Shown here in pieces: positions 1 to 12,500 of a DNA stretch of 24,501 bases (the first letter of the stretch is position 1; every line of letters starts with the position of its first letter). Source of the DNA: Macrostomum lignano (lineage: Eukaryota); contig NIVC01005157.1 in assembly GCA_002269645.1 (NCBI GenBank), positions 1 to 24,501 of the forward strand, given 5' to 3'. Under the pieces are notes generated by a model that was not told the origin of the DNA, ran no database searches, and saw only the letters and a list, made by a program, of their open reading frames with translations. The translations under genes and the position numbers were made by a program.

Positions 1-660
1 CTATGATTGTTTACATGACGCTTTATGATTTTTGTACATACGCTTCTATGATTTTTTACAGATGCTTCTATGATTTTTACATGACGCTTCTATGATTGTT
101 TTACATGACGCTTCTATGATTGTTTACATGACGCTTCTATGATTGTTTACATGGCGCTTCTATGATTGTTTACATGAGCGCTTCTATGATTTTTTACATG
201 GCGCTTCTATGATTTTTACTTGGCGCTTCTATGATTGTTTCACATGAGCTTCTATGATTTACATGACGCTGCTACGATTTTTTACATGACGCTTCTATGA
301 TTGTTTAATGACGCTTCTATGATTTTTACATGACGCTTCTATGATTTTTTACATGACGCTTCTATGATTCATTTACATGACGCTTCTATGATTGTTTACA
401 TGACGCTTCTATGATTTTTACATGAAGCTTCTATGATTGTTTACATGACGCCTTCTATGATTTTTATATAACGCTTCTACGATTTTTTACATGTCGCTTC
501 TATGATTGTTTACATGATGCTTCTATGATTTTTTAAATGACGCTTCTATGATTGTTTACATGACGCTTCTATGATTTTTAAATGACACTTCTATGATTGT
601 TTTACATGACGCTTCTATGATTTTTTACATGACGCTTCTACGATTTTTACATGACGATTC
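1..660. repeat. 22/23-bp satellite array (in unit A0), ~29 monomers, truncated by the window edge
   Basis: Tandem ACATGACGCTTCTATGATTGTTT (23 bp) and ACATGACGCTTCTATGATTTTT (22 bp) variants. Confidence 0.98.
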
Positions 661-705
661 TTTTTAAAAAGTCTTTAGATTTTCCTGACGTTAAAAGCTT
701 TAATT

Positions 706-785
706 AAAAAAAATTATACTTATGAAGATTCGAACCATCGTTTCTGCATTTAGCAGTCAGTCTGTTCACCCTAGGCTAGCTCTCA
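706..785 (-). pseudogene. Degenerate tRNA-like Pol III cassette (A box, B box, oligo-dT)
   Basis: Minus strand: TAGCCTAGGGTGAA (A-box-like) ... GACTGCTAAATGCAG ... GGTTCGAATC (B box, 727-736), then T8 (706-713). The cloverleaf stems do not pair well. Confidence 0.5.
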
Positions 786-1237
786 TCATTTGATAACAAT
801 TAAATTTTGCACTTATATAATTCAACACTTTAAAATCACAAGCATAGAGTAAATCACACGAAGCAGTTATGACATAATCAGTTATTTCAGTCAGTCGGTA
901 TCCAGTTAACAAATATGGTTACGCAATTTAAATCAAGTCTGGTGCTAACGCTTCCACACTGCATTTTCAATTCAAGTCGGAGTTACAATTCAGTTATGAT
1001 GCAATTCTATTTCAGAATCAGAATTCAACCAGTCAGTTTTTTCTCTAGCCTTCTTACAATGCATTTCAAGTCGAAAGCTGCTTGACCTTTGCAAAAAGCA
1101 TGTTTTTTCGAATATTTAATGCTTTAGCATCGAGCAATTTCTTAGCCACGATGCATGTACAGTCACGGGAAAATTTTTGATCGAACAGTGCAAGTCGAAC
1201 AAAAATCGGTCCAGCCATTTTTTCTCTAATCGATCAC

Positions 1238-1262
1238 ATAGATAGATAGACACGAGACAGAC
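1238..1262. repeat. GATA/GACA microsatellite near the element 5' end
   Basis: ATAGATAGATAGACACGAGACAGAC; equivalent tract at 5425-5448. Confidence 0.85.
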
Positions 1263-1500
1263 ATTTTTAGTATATAGGACTAGCAATTACGCCCCCGCGT
1301 TGGGGAGCCAAGAAATGCAATACACGTTTTTTTTAATAACGCTACATGTATCCTTGAAATCCTAAAAATCTTCTGTCAAACCTTGTAAGCCTTGACATGT
1401 CAGTTATCCCCCCCACAAGCTTTAACATATCAACTTCCCCCCTTGACATCTCGCAATGCCCCCAATAAGCCTTGGAAATCTAAAAATATCTGTCAACCTT

Positions 1501-1556
1501 CTAACCCTAACCCTAGCCTAACCTAACCCCTAACCCTAACCCTAACCTAACCCTAA
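1501..1556. repeat. Interstitial telomere-like (CCCTAA/CCTAA)n tract
   Basis: About 9-10 imperfect CCCTAA units (TTAGGG on the minus strand). Confidence 0.9.
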
Positions 1557-2409
1557 AGCATTGAAATTTCAGTAATTCTCTCTAAGAGTCATTATAGCAC
1601 TACTACAGAGCATTATAGCGATTCCCTGCAAGCCTCACATCGTAGGGATTCCCAAATGAATCTCTTAACTTCGACATGAAGCTTCTTTTATTTTTTACAT
1701 TACGCATTTTTTATCAGCGATCCTCCCTGAGGAGGCATCAAATAATGTAATAAAAAGTTTTCAATAAACTAACATGTAGCTTTCTGACTTTAGCCTTGAA
1801 ATCTCATTTATACCCGTGAGCCTTGACATCTCAGCTATTCCCCCGTAAGCCTTGACATGTCAGCAATGGCCCCATAAACCTTGAAATCTAAAAAATCCCC
1901 TGTTAACTTGAAACCCGATAAAATATAACCCTCAACCCACACCTGACCTAAACCTAACTTTAACCCAACATAAAGCTTGAAATCTCAGCAATTCTTCTCC
2001 CCTAAGCCTTGACATTTTAGTGATTCCTTCTTTAAGAATAACAGCACTATAACGATTTCCACCAAGCTTTGACATCGTAGCAATTCCCAAATGAATCTTT
2101 CAACTTCGACATGACTTTTCTTTTATGTATACATAGTGCTACTTTTATTTTTACATGACTCTTCTTCTATCAGCGCCCCCCCCCGTGACATGAACTTTGA
2201 AGTAGCTTCTGACTTTTGCTTTGACATCTCAGAAACCCCCCCGTAATCTCAGTTATTCTCTGAGAGCCTTTACGTCTCAGTTTTTTCTCCCCAGCACACA
2301 TTATAATTGCATTTAATTTTTACATGAACCCTTCATGTCTGACATGACGTTTTTTTTTATTCTACCGTGACGCTTCTTAATTTTTTAAATGACACTTTCA
2401 TTAGTTTTT

Positions 2410-4846
2410 AAATGAGGCTTCTATGATTTTTTCTTGACGCTTCTATGATTTTACATGACGCTTCTATGATTTTTATATGACGCTTCTATGATTGTTTACA
2501 TGACGCTTCTATGATTGTTTACATGACGCTTCTATGATTGTTTACATGACGCTTCTACGATTTTTACATGACACTTCTATGATTGTTTACATGACGCTTC
2601 TATGATTTTTTACATGGCGCTTCTATGATTGTTTACATGACGCTTCTATGATTGTTTACATGACGCTTCTATGATTGTTTACATGACGCTTCTACGATTT
2701 TTATATGACGTTCTATGATTTTTTAAATGGCGCTTCATGATTTTTTAATGACGCTTCTATGATTTTTTACATGACGCTTCTATGATTTTTTACATGACGC
2801 TTCTATGATTGTTTACATGACGCTTCTATGATTGTTTACATGACGCTTCTATGATTGTTTACATGACGCTTCTATGATTGTTTACATGACGCTCTATGAT
2901 TTTGTTTACATGACGCTTCTATGATTGTTTACATGACGCTTTTATGATTTTTTAATGACGCTTCTATGATTTTTATATGACGCTTCTATGATTTTTACAT
3001 GACGCTTCTATCGATTTTATATGACGCTTCTATGATTTTTAAATGACGCTTCTATGATTTTTTAAATGACGCTTCTATGATTTTTTAATGACGCTTCTAT
3101 GATTGTTTTAATGACGCTTTCTATGATTTTTTACATGACCTTCTATGATTTTTTACAATGACGCTTCTATGATTTTTTATGACGCTTCTATGATTGTTTA
3201 ATGACGCTTCTATGATTGTTTACATGACGCTTCTATGATTGTTTACATGACGCTTTATGATTGTTTACATGACGCTTCTATGATTTTTTTCATGACGCTT
3301 CTATGATTGTTTACATGACGCTTCTAAGATTTTTACATGACGCTTCTACGATTTTTACATGACGCTTCTATGATTGTTTACATGACGCTTCTATGATTTT
3401 TTGAATGACGCTTCTATGATTTTTATATGACGCTTCTATGATTTTTACATGACGCTTCTATGATTGTTTACATGACGCTTCTATGATTGTTTACATGACG
3501 CTTCTATGATTTTTTGAATGACGCTTCTATGATTTTTTATATGACGCTTCTATGATTTTTTACATGACGCTTCTACGATTTTTATATGACGCTTCTATGA
3601 TTTTTTAAATGAGCTTTTATGATTTTTAAATGACGCTTCTATTATTTTTAATGACGCTTCTATGATTGTTTAAATGACGCTTCTTATGATTGTTTACATG
3701 ACGCTTCTATGATTGTTTACATGACGCTTCTATGATTTTTACATGACGCTTCTATGATTGTTTACATGACGCTTCTATGATTGTTTACATGACGCTTCTA
3801 TGATTGTTTACATGACGCTTCTATGATTGTTTACATGACGCTTCTATAATTGTTTACATGACGCTTCTATGATTTTTACATGACGCTTCTATGATTTTTA
3901 CATGACGCTTCTATGATTTTTTACATGACACTTCTATGATTGTTTACATGACGCTTCTATGATTTTTACATGACTCTTCTATGATTTTTTAAATGACGCT
4001 TCTATTATTTTTTAATGACGCTTCTATGATTGTTTAAATGACGCTTCTATGATTGTTTACATGACGCTTTCTATGATTGTTTACATGACGCTTTTATGAT
4101 TTTTACATGACGCTTCTATGATTGTTTACATGACGCTTCTATGATTGTTTACATGACGCTTCTAAGATTTTTTACATGACGCTTCTACGATTTTTTACAT
4201 GACGCTTCTATGATTGTTTACATGACGCTTCTATGATTTTTTGAATGACGCTTCTATGATTTTTATATGACGCTTCTATGATTTTTTACATGACGCTTCT
4301 ATGATTGTTTACATGACGCTTCTATGATTGTTTACATGACGCTTCTATGATTTTTGAATGACGCTTCTATGATTTTTATATGACGCTTCTATGATTTTTT
4401 ACATGACGCTTCTACGATTTTTATATGACGCTTCTATGATTTTTTAATGACGCTTTTATGATTTTTTAAATGACGCTTCTTATTATTTTTAATGACGCTT
4501 CTATGATTGTTTAAATGACGCTTCTATGATTGTTTACATGACGCTTCTATGATTTTTTACATGACGCTTCTATGATTGTTTACATGACGCTTCTATGATT
4601 TTTTAAATGACGCTTCTATGATTTTTATATGACGCTTCTATGATTTTTTCACATGACGCTTCTATGATTGTTTACATGACGCTTCTATGATTTTTTACAT
4701 GACGCATCTATGATTTTTATATGACGCTTCTATGATTTTTTAAATGACGCTTCTATGATTGTTTACATGACGCTTCTATGATTTTTTTACATGACGCTTC
4801 TATGATTTTGTAAATGACGCTTCTATGATTTTTACATGACGCTTCT
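2410..4846. repeat. 22/23-bp satellite array (in unit A1), ~2.4 kb, roughly 105-110 monomers
   Basis: Same monomer; degenerate monomers extend left to ~2320; ends in GACGCTTCTTTTTAAAAAGTC like the other arrays. Confidence 0.98.
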
Positions 4847-5466
4847 TTTTAAAAAGTCTTTTTAGTTTCCTGACGTTGAAAAGCTTTAATTAAAAAAAAT
4901 TATACTCTATGAAAATTCGAACCATCGTCGCTGCATTTAGCAGTTAGTCTGTTTACCTCTAGGCTAGCTCTCATCGTTTTGATAACATCAAATTTGCACT
5001 TATATAATTCAACACTTGAAAATCCAAGCATAGAGTAAATCACACGAAGCAGTTATGACATAATCAGTTTCTCAGTCAGTCAGTATCAGTTAACAATATG
5101 GTTACGCAATTTAAATCAAGTCTGGTGCTACGCTTCCACACTGCATTTTCAAATTCAAGTCGGAGTTACAATTCAGTTATGAATGCAATCTATTTCAGAG
5201 TCAGAATTCAACCAGTCAGTTTTTTTCTCTAGCCTTCTTACAATGCATTTCAAGTCGAAAGAGCTGCTTGACCTTTGCAAAAAAGCATGTTTTTCGAATA
5301 TTTAATGCCTTTAGCATCGAGCAATTTCTTAGCCACGATGCATGTACAGTCACGGGAAAATTTTTGATCGAACAGTGCAAGTTCGAACAAAATCGGTCCA
5401 GCCATTTTTTCTCTAATCGATCACATAGATAGATAGACACAGACAGACCATTTTTAGTATATAGGA
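4847..5466 (-). repeat. Conserved ~600-bp 5' block of subfamily A, copy 2
   Basis: Near-identical to 661-1279. Confidence 0.95.
4892..4973 (-). pseudogene. Degenerate tRNA-like Pol III cassette
   Basis: Minus strand: TAGCCTAGAGGTAAACAGACTAACTGCTAAATGCAGCGACGATGGTTCGAATT. A-to-B box offset is 43 nt, as in tRNA genes; T8 run at 4892-4899. Confidence 0.55.
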
Positions 5467-5696
5467 AGGACTAGCAATCTATGCCCCCCGTTGGGGAGCC
5501 AAAGAAATGCAATAGCTACACGTTTTTTTAATAAGCTACATGTATCCTTGAAATCTTAAAAAATCTCCTGTCAAACCTTGTAAGCCTTGACATGTCAGTA
5601 ATTCCCCACCACAAGCTTTAACATATCAACTCCCCCCCTTGACATCTCAGCAATGCCCCCAATAAGCCTTGGAAATCTAAAAAATCTGTCAACCTT

Positions 5697-5752
5697 CTAA
5701 CCCTAACCCTAGCCTAACCCTAACCCTAACCCTAACCCTAACCTAACCCTAA
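5697..5752. repeat. Interstitial telomere-like (CCCTAA/CCTAA)n tract
   Basis: Homologous position in unit A2. Confidence 0.9.
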
Positions 5753-6596
5753 AGCATTGACATTTCAGTAATTCTCTCTAAGAGTCATTATAGCACTGCT
5801 ACAGCATTATAGCGATTCCCTGCAAGCCTCGACATCGTAGGGATTCCCAAATGAATCTCTCAAGTTCGACATGAAGCTTCTTCTATTTTTTACATTACGC
5901 TTTTTTTATCAGCAATCCCTCCCCTGAGGAGGCATCAAATAATGTAATAAAAAGTTTTCAATAAACTTTACATGATTGTTTACATGTAGCTTCTGACTTT
6001 AGCTTTGAAATCTCATTTATACCCCCGTGAGCCTTGACATCTCAGCTATTCCCCCGTAAGCCTTGACATGTCAGCGATGGCCTCCATAAACCTTGAAATC
6101 TGAAAAATCCCCCGTTAACCTTGAAACCCGATAAAATATAACCCTCAACCCACACCTGACCTAAACCTAACTTTAACCCAACCTAAAGCCTTGAATCTCA
6201 GCAATTCTTCTCCCTCCAAGCTTTGACATCATAGCAATTCCCAAATGAATCTTTTAACTTCGACATGACTTTTCTTTTATGTATACATAGTGCTACTTTT
6301 ATTTTTTACATGACTCTTCTTCTATCAGCGCCCCCCCCCGTGGCGAGCCAACAAAGAATGTGATAAAAAAATTGAGTAAAGTACATGAACTTTGAAGTAG
6401 CTTCTGACTTTTGCTTTGACATCTCAGCAACCCCCCCCCGTAATCTCAGTTACCTTTGCGTCTCAGTTTTTCTCCCCAGCACAGCATTATAGCTGCATTT
6501 ATTTTTACATGACACCCTTCATGTCTGACATGACGCTTCTTTTATTCTACCACGATGCTTCTTAATATTTTAAATAACACTTTCATTACTTTTTAA

Positions 6597-9500
6597 ATGA
6601 GGCTTCAATGATTTTTTCATGACGCTTCTATGATTTTAACATGACGCTTCTATGATTTTTTACATGACGCTTCTATGATTTTTTCTTGACGCTTCTATAA
6701 TTTTTACATGACGCTTCTATGATTTTTTACATGACGCTTCTATGATTGTTTACATGACGCTTCTCTGATTGTTTACATGACGCTTCTATGATTTTTTAAT
6801 ACGCTTTATGATTTTTAAATGACGCTTCTACGATTTTTACATGACGCTTCTATGATTGTTTACATGACGCTTCTATGATTTTTTACATGACGCTTCTATG
6901 ATTTTTACATGACGCTTCTATGATTTTTACATGACGCTTCTATGATTGTTTACATGACGCTTCTATGATTGTTTACATGACGCTTCTATGATTTTTACAT
7001 GACGCTTCTATGATTTTTACATGACGCTTCTACGATTTTTACATGACGCTTCTATGATTGTTTACATGACGCTTCTATGATTTTTACATGACGCTTCTAT
7101 GATTTTTACATGACGCTTCTATGATTTTTACATGACGCTTCTATGATTTTTACATGACGCTTTATGATTTTTTACATGACGCTTCTATGATTTTTACAGA
7201 CGCTTCTATGATTTTACATGACGCTTCTATGATTGTTTACATGACGCTTCTATGATTGTTTCATGACGCTTCTATGATTTTTACATGACGCTTCTATGAT
7301 TGTTTACATTCTTCTATGATTGTTTACATGACGCTTCTATGATTGTTTAATGACGCTTGATGATTGTTTACATGACGCTTCTATGATTGTTTACATGACG
7401 CTTCTATGATTTTTACATGGCGCTTCTATGATTGTTTACATGACGCTTCTATGATTGTTTACATGACGCTTCTAGATTGTTTACATGACGCTTCTATGAT
7501 TGTTTACATGACGCTTCTAGATTGTTTACATGACGCTTCTAGATTGTTTACATGACGCTTCTATGATTGTTTACATGACGCTTCTATGATTGTTTCATGA
7601 CGCTTCTATGATTGTTTACATGACGCTTCATGATTTTTACATGACGCTTCTACGATTTTGCAGACGATTCTATGATTTACATGACGCTTCTATGATTTTT
7701 ACATGACGCTTTATGATTTTTACATGACGCTTCTATGATTGTTTACATGACGCTTCTATGATTGTTTACATGACGCTTCTATGATTGTTTACATGACGCT
7801 TCTAGATTGTTTACATGACGCTTCTATGATTGTTTACATGACGCTTCTATGATTTTTACATGACGCTTCTATGATTTTTACATGACGCTTCTATGATTTT
7901 TTACATGACGCTTCTATGATTTTGGCAGACGATTCTATGATTTTTACATGACGCTTCTATGATTTTTACATGACGCTTCTATGATTTTTACATGACGCTT
8001 CTATGATTTTTACATGACGCTTCTATGATTTTTACATGACGCTTCTATGATTGTTTCATGACGCTTCTATGATTGTTTACATGACGCTTCTATGATTTTT
8101 ACATGACGCTTCTATGATTTTTACATGACGCTTCTATGATTTTTACATGACGCTTCTATGATTTTTACATGACGCTTCTATGATTGTTTACATGACGCTT
8201 CTATGATTGTTTACATGACGCTTCTATGATTGTTTACATGACGCTTCTATGATTGTTTACATGACGCTTCTATGATTGTTTCATGACGCTTCTATGATTG
8301 TTTACATGACGCTTCTATGATTTTTACATGACGCTTCTATGATTGTTTATATGACGCTTCTATGATTGTTTACATGACGCTTCTATGATTGTTTCATGAC
8401 GCTTCTATGATTTTTACATGACGCTTCTATGATTTTTACATGACGCTTCTATGATTGTTTCATGACGCTTCTATGATTGTTTACATGACGCTTCTATGAT
8501 TTTTACATGACGCTTCTATGATTGTTTACATGACGCTTCTATGATTGTTTACATGACGCTTCTATGATTGTTTCATGACGCTTCTATGATTTTTACATGA
8601 CGCTTCTATGATTGTTTACATGACGCTTCTATGATTTTTACATGACGCTTCTATGATTGTTTACATGACGCTTCTATGATTTTTACATGACGCTTCTATG
8701 ATTTTTACATGACGCTTCTATGATTTTTACATGACGCTTCTATGATTTTTACATGACGCTTCTATGATTTTTACATGACGCTTCTATGATTGTTTACATG
8801 ACGCTTCTATGATTGTTTACATGACGCTTCTATGATTTTTACATGACGCTTCTATGATTGTTTCATGACGCTTCTATGATTGTTTACATGACGCTTCTAT
8901 GATTTTTACATGACGCTTCTATGATTGTTTATATGACGCTTCTATGATTGTTTACATGACGCTTCTATGATTGTTTCATGACGCTTCTATGATTTTTACA
9001 TGACGCTTCTATGATTGTTTACATGACGCTTCTATGATTGTTTCATGACGCTTCTATGATTGTTTACATGACGCTTCTATGATTTTTACATGACGCTTCT
9101 ATGATTGTTTATATGACGCTTCTATGATTGTTTACATGACGCTTCTATGATTATTTCATGACGCTTCTATGATTTTTACATGACGCTTCTATGATTGTTT
9201 ACATGACGCTTCTATGATTTTTACATGACGCTTCTATGATTGATTACATGACGCTTCTATGATTTTTTACATGAAGCTTCTATGATTTTTTACATGACGC
9301 TTCTATGATTTTTATATAACGCTTCTATGATTTTTACATGACGCTTCTATGATTGTTTACATGACGCTTCTATGATTTTTCATGACGCTTCTATGATTGT
9401 TTCATGACGCTTCTATGATTTTTACATGACGCTTTATGATTGTTTACATTCTTCTATGATTGTTTACATGACGCTTCTATGATTGTTTACAATGACGCTT

Positions 9501-12500
9501 GATGATTGTTTACATGACGCTTGAATGATTGTTTACATGACGCTTTATGATTTTTACATGGCGCTTCTATGATTGTTTACATGACGCTTCTAGGATTGTT
9601 TACATGACGCTTCTATGATTGTTTACATGACGCTTCTATGATTGTTTCATGACGCTTCTATGATTGTTTACATGACGCTTCTACGATTTTGGCAGACGAT
9701 TCTATGATTTTACATGACGCTTCTATGATTTTTACATGACGCTTCTATGATTTTTACATGACGCTTCTATGATTGTTTACATGACGCTTCTATGATTGTT
9801 TACATGACGCTTCTATGATTGTTTACATGACGCTTCTATGATTGTTTACATGACGCTTCTATGATTGTTTACATGACGATTCTAGATTGTTTACATGACG
9901 CTTCTATGATTGTTTACATGACGCTTCTATGATTTTTACATGACGCTTCTATGATTGTTTACATGACGCTTCATGATTTTTTACATGACGCTTCTACGAT
10001 TTTGGCAGACGATTCTATGATTTTACATGACGCTTCTATGATTTTTACATGACGCTTTATGATTTTTACATGACGCTTCTATGATTGTTTACATGACGCT
10101 TCTAGATTGTTTACATGACGCTTCTAGGATTGTTTACATGACGCTTCTATGATTGCTTTACATGACGCTTCTATGATTTTTACATGACGCTTCTATGATT
10201 TTTACATGACGCTTCTAAGATTTTTTACATGACGCTTCTATGATTTTGGCAGACGCTTCTATGATTTTACATGACGCTTCTATGATTTTTACATGACGCT
10301 TCTATGATTTTTTACATTACGCTTCTATGATTTTTACATGACGCTTCTATGATTGTTTTATGACGCTTCTATGATTGTTTACATGACGATTCTAGATTGT
10401 TTACATGACGCTTCTATGATTGTTTACATGACGCTTCTATGATTTTTACATGACGCTTCTATGATTGTTTAGATGACGCTTCAAGATTTTTACATGACGC
10501 TTCTATGATTTTGGCAGACGATTCTATGATTTTACATGACGCTTCTACGATTTTACATGACGCTTTATGATTTTTACATGACGCTTCTATGATTGTTTAC
10601 ATGAGCTTCTAGATTGTTTACATGACGATTCTAGATTGTTTACATGACGCTTCTATGATTGTTTCATGACGCTTCTATGATTGTTTACATGACGCTTCTA
10701 TGATTGTTTACATGACGCTTCTATGATTTTTACATGACGCTTCTATGATTGTTTCATGACGCTTCTATGATTGTTTACATGACGCTTTTATGATTTTTAC
10801 ATGACGCTTCTATGATTGTTTATATGACGCTTCTATGATTGTTTACATGACGCTTCTATGATTGTTTACATGACGCTTCTATGATTTTTACATGACGCTT
10901 CTATGATTTTTACATGACGCTTCTATGATTGTTTCATGACGCTTCTATGATTGTTTACATCACGCTTTTATGATTTTTACATGACGCTTCTATGATTGTT
11001 TACATGACGCTTCTATGATTGTTTACATGACGCTTCTATGATTGTTTACATGACGCTTCTATGATTTTTACATGACGCTTCTATGATTGTTTACATGACG
11101 CTTCTATGATTTTTACATGACGCTTCTATGATTGTTTACATGACGCTTCTATGATTTTTTACATGAAGCTTCTATGATTTTTTACATGACGCTTCTATGA
11201 TTTTTATATAACGCTTCTACGATTTTTTACATGTCGCTTCTATGATTGTTTACATGATGCTTCTATGATTTTTTGCATGACGCTTCCATGATTGTTTCAT
11301 GACGCTTCTATGATTTTTACATGACGCTTTTATGATTGTTTACATTCTTCTATGCTTGTTTACATGACGCTTCTATGATTGTTTAAATGACGCTTGAATG
11401 ATTGTTTACATGACGCTTGAATGATTGTTTACATGACGCTTTTATGATTTTTACATGGCGCTTCTATGATTGTTTACATGACGCTTCTAGGATTGTTTAC
11501 ATGACGCTTCTATGATTGTTTACATGACGCTTCTATGATTGTTTACATGACGCTTCTATGATTGTTTCATGACGCTTCTATGATTTTGGCAGGACGATTC
11601 TATGATTTTACATGACGCTTCTATGATTTTTACATGACGCTTTATGATTTTTACATGGCGCTTCTATGATTGTTTACATGACGCTTCTATGATTGTTTAC
11701 ATGACGCTTCTATGATTGTTTACATGGCTTCTATGATTGTTTACATGACGCTTCTATGATTGTTTACATGACGATTCTAGGATTGTTTACATGACGCTTC
11801 TATGATTGTTTACATGACGCTTCTATGATTTTTACATGACGCTTCTATGATTGTTTACATGACGCTTCAAGATTTTTACATGACGCTTCTACGATTTTGG
11901 CAGACGATTCTATGATTTTACATGACGCTTCTATGATTTTTACATGACGCTTTTATGATTTTTACATGGCGCTTCTATGATTGTTTACATGACGCTTCTA
12001 GGATTGTTTACATGACGATTCTAGGATTGTTTACATGACGCTTCTATGATTGCTTACATGACGCTTCTATGATTTTTACATGACGCTTCTATGATTTTTA
12101 CATGACGCTTCAAGGATTTTTTACATGACGCTTCTACGATTTTGGCAGGACGATTCTATGATTTTACATGACGCTTCTATGATTTTTACATGACGCTTCT
12201 ATGATTTTTTACATTACGCTTCTATGATTTTTACATGACGCTTCTATGATTGTTTTATGACGCTTCTAGGATTGTTTACATGACGATTCTAGGATTGTTT
12301 ACATGACGCTTCTATGATTGTTTACATGACGCTTCTATGATTTTTACATGACGCTTCTATGATTGTTTAGATGACGCTTCAAGATTTTTACATGACGCTT
12401 CTACGATTTTGGCAGGACGATTCTATGATTTTACATGACGCTTCTACGATTTGTACATGACGCTTTTATGATTTTTACATGGCGCTTCTATGATTGTTTA

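Larger units (their letters stand above)
1..1279 (-). mobile_element. Non-autonomous Helitron-like unit A0 (5' part only; runs off the left edge of the window)
   Basis: Minus strand begins TCCTATATACTAAAAA at 1279 (Helitron-type 5'-TC end). This is followed by a GATA/GACA microsatellite, a ~600-bp block near-identical to 4847-5466 and 18485-19085, and then the satellite. Confidence 0.8.
661..1279 (-). repeat. Conserved ~600-bp 5' block of subfamily A, copy 1
   Basis: Visually alignable base by base with 4847-5466 and 18485-19085. Confidence 0.95.
1280..5470 (-). mobile_element. Non-autonomous Helitron-like unit A1 (complete, ~4.2 kb)
   Basis: 5' end reads TCCT-TCCTATATACTAAAAA (5470 leftwards). 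3' end reads GGCTCCCCAACGCGGGGGCGTAATTGCTAG, i.e. a hairpin at 1291-1308 and terminal CTAG at 1280-1283. No Rep/helicase ORF. Confidence 0.85.

Noticed and set aside
706-785. Functional tRNA gene
   Set aside because: The acceptor and T stems do not pair, so it is kept only as a tRNA-like cassette.
1501-1556. True chromosome end
   Set aside because: The tract is short, imperfect, internal and repeated with the element.
5216-5440. 74-aa ORF, and the related ORFs 18782-18994 and 18795-19031
   Set aside because: They lie in the non-coding 5' block, the frames are not preserved among the three copies, and there are no Rep or helicase motifs.
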